From positions 1 through 27,371 of the forward strand of contig JBBSAU010000001.1 of NCBI GenBank assembly GCA_038251925.1: DNA of 27,371 bases. Reading direction: 5' to 3'. Each line of letters opens with the position of its first letter. The stretch's first letter is position 1. The notes beneath the pieces were generated by a model. The model did no database searches, had not been told where the DNA came from, and saw only the letters and a program-made list of their open reading frames with translations. The DNA comes from Patescibacteria group bacterium. GTDB lineage: Bacteria; Patescibacteriota; Patescibacteriia; Patescibacteriales; UBA12465. Shown here in pieces: positions 1-7,714 of this stretch. The translations under genes were made by a program, and so were the position numbers.

Positions 1-243
1 CGCCATTTCTTCAGCCTCTCTAATTTCGGTTTCCATGCTCAACCAGTCTTTAATTTCCGTCGCTAATTCTTCAGCCTCTTGACCAACACTAACAGCCGCT
101 TCGCGATCATTCCAAAAATCAGGAGCTGACATTTTTAAACGCAGTTCTTTTTCTTCAACAACTTTTCGATCAATTGCTAAAAGCGCTTTTGTTTTCAAAA
201 AGCGTTCGCGAAGTTCATTAATTTTTTTTAAAATATTTTCCAT
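1..243 (-). CDS. prfB: Peptide chain release factor 2, N-terminal 81 codons (runs off the left edge; not in the ORF track)
   Basis: Manual translation from ATG at 243: MENILKKINELRERFLKTKALLAIDRKVVEEKELRLKMSAPDFWNDREAAVSVGQEAEELATEIKDW...; the PDFWND motif is typical of the RF2 N-terminus. Confidence 0.88.
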   Translation of the reverse strand, partial: MENILKKINELRERFLKTKALLAIDRKVVEEKELRLKMSAPDFWNDREAAVSVGQEAEELATEIKDWLSMETEIREAEEMA

Positions 244-282
244 AAATAAACTGAAAATAAACTGGATTTATAGTACTTCTAA

Positions 283-291
283 ATTATAACA
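283..291 (-). promoter_or_regulatory. Extended -10 promoter element (TGtTATAAT) for prfB
   Basis: Minus strand reads TGTTATAAT, ending 39 nt upstream of the prfB ATG; it abuts the U-tract of the rpsI terminator. Confidence 0.6.
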
Positions 292-322
292 AAAAAGCAC
301 TCGAGTAAATAGAGTGCTTTTT
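291..322. terminator. Intrinsic terminator downstream of rpsI (A/T tracts on both sides)
   Basis: AAAAAGCACTC-gagtaaata-GAGTGCTTTTT inverted repeat; minus-strand U6 tail; about 22 nt after the rpsI stop. Confidence 0.85.
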
Positions 323-344
323 ATATATCTTTTCAAATAATCGA

Positions 345-845
345 TTAACGCTTGCTCCATTGTGGGGCTTTTCTCGCTTTACGAAGACCTGGTTTCTTTC
401 TTTCAACTTGTCTCGGATCACGAGTTAGGTAGTTATTAACCTTCAAAGCTTCTTTAGTATCCGGGTCAATTGCGAAAATAGCGCGAGCAATTCCAAGACG
501 AACGGCATCAATTTGTCCCATTTTACCGCCGCCACAAACAATCACGGAAAAATTAAAATCACGTAAGTGGCCGGTTGTTTTTAAAGGTTGAACAATTAAA
601 TTAAGACCATCGCCAGGAAAATATTCACTAGCGCGCTTACCATTAATCATAATCACGCCTTTGCCGCCTTCATAAAGACGAACTTGAGCAGCCGCTTGTT
701 TACGACGACCGACGGTTTTCAAATATTTACCGGAAAATTCAACCGTTTCATTTTTTGCCCAGTCTTTTTCTTCATCCAAATTTTCCTCTTCATTAATTTC
801 AATCGCTTCAGTTTCCTGGATTTCTTGTTTCTTTTTTTCGGCCAT
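345..845 (-). CDS. rpsI: 30S ribosomal protein S9 with acidic N-terminal extension
   Basis: TVGRRK, GGGKMGQ and LTRDPRQVERKKPGLRKARKAPQWSKR motifs. Confidence 0.98.
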   Translation of the reverse strand: MAEKKKQEIQETEAIEINEEENLDEEKDWAKNETVEFSGKYLKTVGRRKQAAAQVRLYEGGKGVIMINGKRASEYFPGDGLNLIVQPLKTTGHLRDFNFSVIVCGGGKMGQIDAVRLGIARAIFAIDPDTKEALKVNNYLTRDPRQVERKKPGLRKARKAPQWSKR

Positions 846-846
846 A

Positions 847-1203
847 TTATTTAATAATTAATCTTTTTAACATATTAACGCGAAGCTTGGTTGGTGGTAA
901 CATATCACGAACAGCGCGATGTAGAACATCACCTGGGTCTTTCGCGAAAACAACTGACATTTTTTTACTCTTTAAACCACCTAAATATCCGGAATAATGA
1001 TGATATTGTTTTTGGTCTAATTTCTTGCCAGTAAATTTCATTTTTGAAATATTGCTTACTTCAACAATATCACCCAAATCTAAATGCGCCTCATATTCAG
1101 GTTTATTCTTACCGCGAAGGATAAGAGCGATTTTTGAAGCTAAGCGGCCCACCGCCAAATCAGTAGCATCAAGTTGATGTAATTTTCTCACGATATTTTT
1201 CAT
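847..1203 (-). CDS. rplM: 50S ribosomal protein L13 (short, 118 aa)
   Basis: DATDLAVGRLAS, LRGKNKP, GDIVEV, YHHYSGYLGG, AVRDMLP motifs; directly upstream of rpsI. Confidence 0.97.
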   Translation of the reverse strand: MKNIVRKLHQLDATDLAVGRLASKIALILRGKNKPEYEAHLDLGDIVEVSNISKMKFTGKKLDQKQYHHYSGYLGGLKSKKMSVVFAKDPGDVLHRAVRDMLPPTKLRVNMLKRLIIK

Positions 1204-1207
1204 ATAA

Positions 1208-1558
1208 TTATACTAATTCAATTTGTACCATTTCGGCACCATCGCCTTGGCGAACCCCTAATTTAGTAGTCCGAGTATATCCACCCGGGCGAGTTTTATA
1301 GCGTACGCCTAAAACTTCAATTGCTTTTTTAACTGCGTTTTTTTGCAGCAAGACCTTGATCAAACCACGGCGAGCAGTTAAATCACCCGCTTTTGACGAA
1401 GTAATTAATTTCTCAACTAATGGTCTAACGGCCTGAGCTTTTGCTTTTGTAGTTTTAACTTTCTCGTATAATAAAATACTTGAAGCCAAATTACGTAACA
1501 TTAATTCTCTTGGCCCTTTCTTCCGGTCTAAAATTTTATTTTTATTTCTGTGACGCAT
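1208..1558 (-). CDS. rplQ: 50S ribosomal protein L17
   Basis: MRHR start, KTTKAKA, RPGGYTR and RQGDGAEM motifs; follows rpoA. Confidence 0.98.
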   Translation of the reverse strand: MRHRNKNKILDRKKGPRELMLRNLASSILLYEKVKTTKAKAQAVRPLVEKLITSSKAGDLTARRGLIKVLLQKNAVKKAIEVLGVRYKTRPGGYTRTTKLGVRQGDGAEMVQIELV

Positions 1559-1573
1559 ATCAGATCTTTAAAA

Positions 1574-2407
1574 TTATTTTTTAGTTTTGGTGCTAACTTT
1601 CTTTTCCTTTTTTTCTTTTTTTTCTTTTTTTACTTCAACTTCTTCCTCCTCATTCTCTTCCTCAGTAACAATCGTCGCTTCAATCGGAGCTTCTTCAATC
1701 ATTTCCTCTTTCTTGTCCATCGCACCTGGAAGTAAAGCGCTATATTGATCTACTAAAACTTTAACAGTTTCATTAAAAGCCACTTCAGGAGTAATTGTGC
1801 CATCAGTTTTAACATTTAAAACTAATTTATCCCAGTTAGTCATTTTACCAACACGAGTATTTTCAACACTACTCGATACAACAGTTACTGGAGAAAACAT
1901 CGAATCGATTTCAATATAACCAATTTCACGATTTTCTTTTTTAGCTCCTTCAGGCATTTTATAGCCACGACCTTCTTTGACAACAATTTCCATTTCTAAG
2001 GTTCCGGCTTCATCAGTAATGTTTGCAATAACTAATTCTGGATTTTTAATTTCAACCTGAGTATTTTTAGTAATATCAGCGGCTGTCACAATTTTCTTTC
2101 CTTTAACCTTAAGCTCCAAACGAACTTCTTCTTCGCTGTGCATTTTAAAGCGCAATTGTTTAAGGTTCAAGATCATTTCTAAAACATCCTCTTTGATATG
2201 CGGTAAAGCCATAAATTCATGGCTAGCTCCTTTAATTTTCGCACCAATAACGGCTGCGCCCGGAAGAGATGATAATAACACGCGGCGGAGTGAGTTGCCG
2301 ATAGTCATACCGTAACCCGGAAATAAAGGCTCAACAGTAATAATTCCTTCATTCGGATTGCCACCTTCTTTAAATTCAATTTTTTTAGGTAAAGCAATGT
2401 TTTGCAT
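1574..2407 (-). CDS. rpoA: RNA polymerase alpha subunit (NTD plus charged tail, no recognisable CTD)
   Basis: EPLFPGYGMTIGNSLRRVLLSSLPG, GRGY, DSMFSPV, VENTRVG...DKL motifs; rpsD-rpoA-rplQ synteny. Confidence 0.97.
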   Translation of the reverse strand: MQNIALPKKIEFKEGGNPNEGIITVEPLFPGYGMTIGNSLRRVLLSSLPGAAVIGAKIKGASHEFMALPHIKEDVLEMILNLKQLRFKMHSEEEVRLELKVKGKKIVTAADITKNTQVEIKNPELVIANITDEAGTLEMEIVVKEGRGYKMPEGAKKENREIGYIEIDSMFSPVTVVSSSVENTRVGKMTNWDKLVLNVKTDGTITPEVAFNETVKVLVDQYSALLPGAMDKKEEMIEEAPIEATIVTEEENEEEEVEVKKEKKEKKEKKVSTKTKK

Positions 2408-2416
2408 ATGTTTTTT

Positions 2417-3046
2417 TTATTTTGAGTAATACTCAATAATCATTTGAACATTAATATTTTGAGGAAGATCAAGATCTTTTGGTTCGTGGAGAACTTTGGC
2501 GCTTAAATCTGTATTATCGAAATTTAACCAACTTGGTCTGTCAGCTTTCTTAATCTTTTCATTCAAATTCTTGAAAAAACGATTATTCAAGCTGCTTTTT
2601 CTGATTTTAATAACTTCGCCAAGTTTAACTGAGAAAGATGGAATATTGGCTTTACGGCTATTAACAGTAAAATGACCGTGGTTTACTAATTGGCGAGCCT
2701 GGCTTCTAGAAGCGGCCCAACCTAAACGATATACAACATTGTCTAAACGCATTTCTAAAGCCTTTAAGAAATTCTTACCAGCATCACCTGATTTCTTCGA
2801 TGCCTTGGTATAAGTTAAACGAAATTGCTTTTCAAGCAAACCATAGAATTTCTTAGCTTTTTGTTTTTCCTGTAATTGTAAACCGTAATCGCTTAAACGC
2901 TTACGTCCCTTTGGACCATGAAAGCCCGGAGCATAATTACGTTTAACCATCGCGCATTTAGGACTCATACAACGATCTCCTTTCAGAAAAAGTTTTTCGC
3001 CTGTGCGACGGCATTGTTTACATTTACTATCTAGATTTCTTCCCAT
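2417..3046 (-). CDS. rpsD: 30S ribosomal protein S4 (Cys-containing, putative Zn-binding form)
   Basis: Start corrected to MGRNLDSKCKQCRR (ATG 3046; the ORF-track extension overlaps rpsK); QLQEKQK, LEMRLDNVVYRLG, ARQLVNHGH, IIEYYSK. Confidence 0.98.
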   Translation of the reverse strand: MGRNLDSKCKQCRRTGEKLFLKGDRCMSPKCAMVKRNYAPGFHGPKGRKRLSDYGLQLQEKQKAKKFYGLLEKQFRLTYTKASKKSGDAGKNFLKALEMRLDNVVYRLGWAASRSQARQLVNHGHFTVNSRKANIPSFSVKLGEVIKIRKSSLNNRFFKNLNEKIKKADRPSWLNFDNTDLSAKVLHEPKDLDLPQNINVQMIIEYYSK

Positions 3047-3059
3047 ATTATTTTTATAA

Positions 3060-3653
3060 TTAGACGCGACGTGGTTTTTTAGGACGACAGCCATTATGCG
3101 GAACCGGAGTTACGTCTTTAATAGCGACAACGTCTAAACCATTAGCATTTAAAGCGCGAATAGCCGCTTCACGGCCTGTACCAACACCGGAAACAAATAC
3201 GCTTACCTCTTGCAAACCGTATTCTTCCTTAGCTTTCTGCGCAGCAATTTTAGTAATAATTTGTGCGGCATAAGGAGTGGCTTTTTTTGCCCCCTTAAAA
3301 CCCGCTAAACCAGCACTGGCCCAAGAAATAACATCACCATTTGTATCAGTTAAAGTAATCATGGTGTTATTATAGGTAGCTTGGATATATGCTCGACCGA
3401 CTTTGACGATTTTAGCAGTTTTTTTCTTCTTTTTCTTGATTAACTTCTTTTTCGCCCGAGCCTGTTTGTTTTTTTCTAATTTTTGTTTAATTTCTTCTGG
3501 CAATTCTTCGTCAGAAGAATCAAAGTTAAAACCTTCAGTTTCCTTTTCCTCTTTTTCTTCTTTTATCTCAGTAATTTCAGCCGAAACAGCGGGAACTTTT
3601 TTAGTATCCTTGGCAGTTTCACTTTTTATTTCTTTTTTTACTTCTTCAGACAT
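3060..3653 (-). CDS. rpsK: 30S ribosomal protein S11 with a long N-terminal extension
   Basis: [42 protein letters not shown] motifs; ATG 3653 lies 20 nt after the rpsM stop. Confidence 0.97.
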   Translation of the reverse strand: MSEEVKKEIKSETAKDTKKVPAVSAEITEIKEEKEEKETEGFNFDSSDEELPEEIKQKLEKNKQARAKKKLIKKKKKKTAKIVKVGRAYIQATYNNTMITLTDTNGDVISWASAGLAGFKGAKKATPYAAQIITKIAAQKAKEEYGLQEVSVFVSGVGTGREAAIRALNANGLDVVAIKDVTPVPHNGCRPKKPRRV

Positions 3654-3673
3654 ATTTTAATCTTTATAAATGA

Positions 3674-4069
3674 TTAGGTCTTCTGCAATCCTGACTTAGA
3701 TTTACCGCTACCCATAGTAACCCGTTTATTTCCACGAACGGTTCGGCTATTGGTTTTAGTTCTTTGTCCTCTTACCGGTAAATGCTTAGCGTGGCGAAGA
3801 CCACGATAACAACCGATTTCTCGCAGACGTTTGATATTACTTTGGACCTCACGACGTAAATCACCCTCAACTGTGTATTTCTTTTCAATAATTTCTCGTA
3901 AAAGATTAACCTCTTCTTCTTTTAAATCTTTAACTCTCGTATCCTTATCAACTTTAGCCTCAGCTAAAACTTTGTTAGACCGAGTTCGGCCAACACCGTG
4001 GATATAAGTCAAAGCAATTTCGACTCTTTTGTCATTGGGAATATTGACTCCCGCAATTCTTACTGCCAT
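3674..4069 (-). CDS. rpsM: 30S ribosomal protein S13
   Basis: Start corrected to [11 protein letters not shown] (ATG 4069); [32 protein letters not shown]. Confidence 0.98.
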   Translation of the reverse strand: MAVRIAGVNIPNDKRVEIALTYIHGVGRTRSNKVLAEAKVDKDTRVKDLKEEEVNLLREIIEKKYTVEGDLRREVQSNIKRLREIGCYRGLRHAKHLPVRGQRTKTNSRTVRGNKRVTMGSGKSKSGLQKT

Positions 4070-4082
4070 ATAGTATAATAAA

Positions 4083-4196
4083 TTACCCCTGTCTTTGTTT
4101 ATGTTTAGGGTTTTTGCAAATAACATGAACACGACCCTTACGTCGTACTACCTTACAATCTTTACAAATTTTTTTAGCACTAGCTCTTACCTTCAT
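4083..4196 (-). CDS. rpmJ: 50S ribosomal protein L36 (missed by the ORF track)
   Basis: Manual translation [37 protein letters not shown]; CxxC...C....H zinc ribbon. Confidence 0.98.
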   Translation of the reverse strand: MKVRASAKKICKDCKVVRRKGRVHVICKNPKHKQRQG

Positions 4197-4221
4197 ATTG
4201 AAATTTCTAAATTTAATTAAG

Positions 4222-4479
4222 TTAGAGACGATAAGTGATACGACCCTTGGTTAAATCATAGGGACTGATCTGAAGTTTAACCTTATCACCCGGAAGTAAA
4301 CGAATTTTATTCATTCGCATCTTACCGGATAAATGAGCGGCAATCTCATGACCATTTTCCAGTTTCACACGAAAGCTGGCGGCGGGCATAAGCTCGAGAA
4401 CCTCTCCTTGCATCTCAATAAAGTCCTTAGCGTTAAGGGTGTCGGTTATTTCATTTGTCTTATCTCTGCCTTTTGACAT
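4222..4479 (-). CDS. infA: Translation initiation factor IF-1 (start ATG 4479 or GTG 4485)
   Basis: [41 protein letters not shown]. Confidence 0.97.
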   Translation of the reverse strand: MSKGRDKTNEITDTLNAKDFIEMQGEVLELMPAASFRVKLENGHEIAAHLSGKMRMNKIRLLPGDKVKLQISPYDLTKGRITYRL

Positions 4480-4485
4480 TAACAC

Positions 4486-4525
4486 AAAAAAATTTGATAA
4501 AGACTAGTCGGTCTGCTTTATCAAA
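4486..4525 (-). promoter_or_regulatory. Hairpin plus U7 tract in the infA operon leader (terminator/attenuator-like)
   Basis: Minus strand TTTGATAAAG-cagaccgactagt-CTTTATCAAA followed by TTTTTTT then GTG TTA ATG. Confidence 0.55.
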
Positions 4526-4572
4526 ATCTATTATAAAAATTAGTTTTATCTAATATTATTCTTAATAAAATT

Positions 4573-4601
4573 ATTATAGGGATAAGTAATCAAGTTGTCA
4601 A
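4573..4601 (-). promoter_or_regulatory. Perfect-consensus sigma70/sigmaA promoter for the infA-alpha-rplM-rpsI operon
   Basis: TTGACA (4601-4596), 17-nt spacer, TATAAT (4578-4573) on the minus strand. Confidence 0.9.
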
Positions 4602-4612
4602 GAGTTATTAGC

Positions 4613-6514
4613 TTAGTTTAAGACAGCTTTAATTCGTCTTACGCCTGAACTTGAGGCTTCTTCCTTAGAAATTTTAAAATGACCCAAAAGACCAGTTGAC
4701 TCGACATGCGGGCCACCACAAATCTCCTGCGAATAAGCTTCTTCCATTTTCGGACTACCAGCTGAGTCTAGGTAGGTAACTGTGTATACCTTAACCTTCT
4801 CACCATATTTTGAATCAAAAACACCCATGGCGCCGCGATTTTTAGCTTCCTCGAGCGTTAATTCCTCACAAATTACCTTGAAATTCTTAGTAATTGCCTC
4901 ATTGACGAGATTTTCGACCTGAACAATTTCCTCGGGAGTCATCTTGGTCGGATGTGAAAAATCTAAACGTAATCTTTCGGCGGTTATATTCGCTCCCTTT
5001 TGAACAACATGATCTCCTAAAATTTTTCTAAGCGCGGCTATTAGAAGATGAGAGGCTGTATGAAGCTTGGTTGTTTCCTCTCCGGAATCTGCTAGTCCAC
5101 CTTTAAATTTACCAGCTGAGGCGGTTCGAGATAAATCCTGATGCTGAGTGAATTCAATTTTGAAGGCCTCCGTATCAACCTCCATTCCCTTTTCAGCCGC
5201 CATTTCAATTGTCATCTCTAATGGATAGCCATATGACTGGAATAAATTAAAGGCGGCCTGACCAGGAATTATTTTTTCGTTTTTATTTTCATCAATAAAT
5301 TTCATAAATTCTCTCTCGCCCTGAACTAAGGTTTTCCTAAATTTTATTTCTTCTTTATCTAACTCACTCATGATAATCTTCTCTCTTTCTCTTAAATTCG
5401 GATAATAATTTTCATAATCAGCAATCACTACTTGAGAAATTTTTTTTGTAAAATTATCTTCTATCCCTAAGCCATAGGCAAAGCGAACTGCTCGACGAAT
5501 TAATCTTCGCGTAAAGTATCCTTGATCTTTATTTGAAGGCAAGGCGCCGTCACTAATTAAAAAAGTAGCTGCTCGTAAATGGTCCATAATAACTCGAAAA
5601 GACTTAATCTCCTCCTGATTATCGCCGTATTTTTTTCCACTAATTTCTTCAATTTTAGTTCGCAAATTTTTAAAAATTTCCGAACAATAAATATCGGGAT
5701 TATCGGCTAGAGCCATTGCCATTCGCTCGAGTCCACCACCAAAATCGATATTCTTATGTTTAAGTTCAGAAAATCCCTCATCTGTTTTTACATATTGCAT
5801 AAAAACATTATTGCCGATTTCAACATAGCGACCGCAATCACAAGCCGGACTACAAAGATCATTTTTATATTTCGAATTTTCATGAAGTTTTAAATTAGCC
5901 CCCATGTCCCAAAACATTTCTGAATCGAAACCGCCAATTTCTCCGATTGGCATTTTATCAGGCACGCCTGATCGCGACCACCAATTTTCTTTTTCATCAA
6001 AACAAAAAATTCGTCCTCCTTTAATATTTTCTGTACTCAACTCATAAACCGCCTTAGCCTCTATGCCAACACTCTTAAATTTTTCTTGCCATAAGGCGAT
6101 TGACTCATCATCTCGCGGAATTTTAAATTTTTCACTGCCCTGATAAACAGTAATATATAGACGAGCCGGATCCAATTTTAATTCTTGGGTCAGAAATTCA
6201 AAAATCCAAGAAATTTGCTCGGTTTTGAAATAATCTCCCAAGCTCCAATTACCGAGCATTTCAAAAAAAGTTGTATGTCGATTATCACCAACATCATTAA
6301 TATCAGATGCCCGAAAAGATTTCTGCGAATCAGTAATTCTGACGCCCCCGGGGTGTTTTTCGCCCAGTAAATATGGTACCATTGGTTGCATACCCGAGCT
6401 CGTAAAAAGAGTGGTCGGATCATTTTCGGGAATTAAAGAAGCACTCGAAATCACAGTGTGACCCTTACTTTTAAAAAAATCTAAATATTTTTGACGGAGC
6501 TCAGATGAATTCAT
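4613..6514 (-). CDS. alaS: Alanine--tRNA ligase, short form without the C-Ala domain
   Basis: LFTSSGMQP, RHTTFFEMLGNWS, EIGNNVFM, IDFGGGLER, DHLRAA; editing HTASH, QKG and CGGPH; ends GVRRIKAVL. Confidence 0.97.
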   Translation of the reverse strand: MNSSELRQKYLDFFKSKGHTVISSASLIPENDPTTLFTSSGMQPMVPYLLGEKHPGGVRITDSQKSFRASDINDVGDNRHTTFFEMLGNWSLGDYFKTEQISWIFEFLTQELKLDPARLYITVYQGSEKFKIPRDDESIALWQEKFKSVGIEAKAVYELSTENIKGGRIFCFDEKENWWSRSGVPDKMPIGEIGGFDSEMFWDMGANLKLHENSKYKNDLCSPACDCGRYVEIGNNVFMQYVKTDEGFSELKHKNIDFGGGLERMAMALADNPDIYCSEIFKNLRTKIEEISGKKYGDNQEEIKSFRVIMDHLRAATFLISDGALPSNKDQGYFTRRLIRRAVRFAYGLGIEDNFTKKISQVVIADYENYYPNLREREKIIMSELDKEEIKFRKTLVQGEREFMKFIDENKNEKIIPGQAAFNLFQSYGYPLEMTIEMAAEKGMEVDTEAFKIEFTQHQDLSRTASAGKFKGGLADSGEETTKLHTASHLLIAALRKILGDHVVQKGANITAERLRLDFSHPTKMTPEEIVQVENLVNEAITKNFKVICEELTLEEAKNRGAMGVFDSKYGEKVKVYTVTYLDSAGSPKMEEAYSQEICGGPHVESTGLLGHFKISKEEASSSGVRRIKAVLN

Positions 6515-6556
6515 ATATTTAATTATCGAAATTAAAAATTTTCTAGATTAGCTTTT

Positions 6557-7576
6557 CTATATTACATTAACTTCTTCTTGAATATCAAGACCAAACTTTT
6601 TCTTGACCGCTGACTTTACTTTTTTAACTAGCGCTAGAACATGCTTCGCTTCAGCGCCACCATGATTAACTAGAATAAGGGCTTGCTTTTCATACATACT
6701 AACAGGACCGATCTGCTTACCCTTATATCCGGCCTGCTCAATTAACCAGCCAGTCGGGATTTTTATTTTATTTTTTCCGGCGGGAAAACTTGGCATCTGC
6801 GGGTATTTTTTGAATAGTTCAAGGTATTTTACGCGACTAATTTCTGTATTTTTAAAATATGAGCCTGCATTAGCTAATACGCCGGGGTTAGGTAGCTTCG
6901 AATTTCGTATTTCCGTAATCACTTTTATGACATCACTTAAATAGGGATTATTAATTCCCTTCTTTTCTAATTCCTGTCTAATCGAACCATAATCTAATTT
7001 AAAGTCGGCTTGGTGAGATAATTTAAGCGTTACTGAATAAATAAAATATTTTCCCTTTAATTTGTTTTTAAAAATACTATCGCGGTAGCCGAACTTGCAA
7101 TCCGTCGCAGCAAAAATCTTCTCATAACCGGTCTTGAGGTCAATCGCTTTTAAATGATAAAAATTATCTTTTAATTCTACGCCATAGGCACCGATATTTT
7201 GAATCGGGGCAGCGCCAACCGTTCCATAAATTAAAAATAAATTTTCGAGTCCATATAAATTTCGTTCAACCGTGTAAGAAACAAATTTAGTCCAAGATTC
7301 GCCGGACTTCGCTTCAACTAAAGAAAAATCTTCCTGGCGATCAAGAACTTCCATCCCACGAATTTCATTTTTTAAAACCAAACCCTTAACTTTTTTAGAA
7401 ATTAATATATTTGAGCCTCCACCTAAAACGCTAATCGTTTTTTTATTCTCTTTAGCCCAGATAATTGCTTCTCTTAAATCTTCTAAACTTTTAATGATCG
7501 CAAAAAACTCAGCGGCGGCACCGATTTTTAGAGTTGTGTATGGGGCTAGGGGGATATTTTTTTCAATCTTTAGCAT
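6557..7576 (-). CDS. murB: UDP-N-acetylenolpyruvoylglucosamine reductase
   Basis: LGGGSN, GTVGAAPIQNIGAYG, FGYRDS, NAGSYFKN, ALILVNHG, EVN motifs. Confidence 0.96.
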   Translation of the reverse strand: MLKIEKNIPLAPYTTLKIGAAAEFFAIIKSLEDLREAIIWAKENKKTISVLGGGSNILISKKVKGLVLKNEIRGMEVLDRQEDFSLVEAKSGESWTKFVSYTVERNLYGLENLFLIYGTVGAAPIQNIGAYGVELKDNFYHLKAIDLKTGYEKIFAATDCKFGYRDSIFKNKLKGKYFIYSVTLKLSHQADFKLDYGSIRQELEKKGINNPYLSDVIKVITEIRNSKLPNPGVLANAGSYFKNTEISRVKYLELFKKYPQMPSFPAGKNKIKIPTGWLIEQAGYKGKQIGPVSMYEKQALILVNHGGAEAKHVLALVKKVKSAVKKKFGLDIQEEVNVI

Positions 7577-7582
7577 GGTTTA

Positions 7583-7611
7583 ATTATAGTTAAAATACGA
7601 TAAATAGTAAA
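7583..7611 (-). promoter_or_regulatory. Promoter for murB-alaS with leaderless-type spacing
   Basis: TTTACT (7611-7606), 17 nt, TATAAT (7588-7583), 6 nt, ATG (7576). Confidence 0.65.
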
Positions 7612-7641
7612 ATCAGGCGAATCATGAATATACGCGTATCA

Positions 7642-7670
7642 TTGACATTATTAATATATTATTGTACTAT
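7642..7670 (+). promoter_or_regulatory. Sigma70-type promoter for the lipoprotein gene
   Basis: TTGACA (7642-7647), 17 nt, TACTAT (7665-7670), 44 nt before the ATG. Confidence 0.75.
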
Positions 7671-7714
7671 TAGTTCAGTTATTTTAAAATTTAACCCCTA
7701 AAAACCCCAACGAG

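Noticed and set aside
1550-1735. Plus-strand 61-aa Phe-rich ORF
   Set aside because: Antisense shadow of the Lys/Glu-rich rpoA tail; no independent signals
3047-3094. ORF-track N-terminal extension of rpsD (likewise rpsM 4070-4132 and the receiver gene 25607-25639)
   Set aside because: These extensions overlap rpsK, rpmJ and rfbB respectively; internal ATGs give family-typical N-termini
3403-3677. Plus-strand 85-aa and 64-aa Phe/Ser-rich ORFs
   Set aside because: Antisense to the A-rich rpsK extension; low-complexity mirror translation
4530-4535. Second minus-strand TATAAT in the infA leader, and a plus-strand TATAAT at 4074-4079
   Set aside because: No matching -35 or TGn; likely AT-rich background
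6185-6423. Short ORFs inside alaS (61 aa plus, 77 aa minus)
   Set aside because: Fully nested in a conserved gene, with no recognisable motifs
1574-6514. UGA recoding (code 25) or stop read-through as the cause of short RpoA, L13 and AlaRS
   Set aside because: All three end in TAA, are followed closely by the next gene or promoter, and no gene needs UGA read-through
7630-7639. Palindrome ATACGCGTAT just upstream of the lipoprotein -35 box (possible operator)
   Set aside because: A single 10-bp palindrome is expected by chance in 27 kb; no second copy noticed
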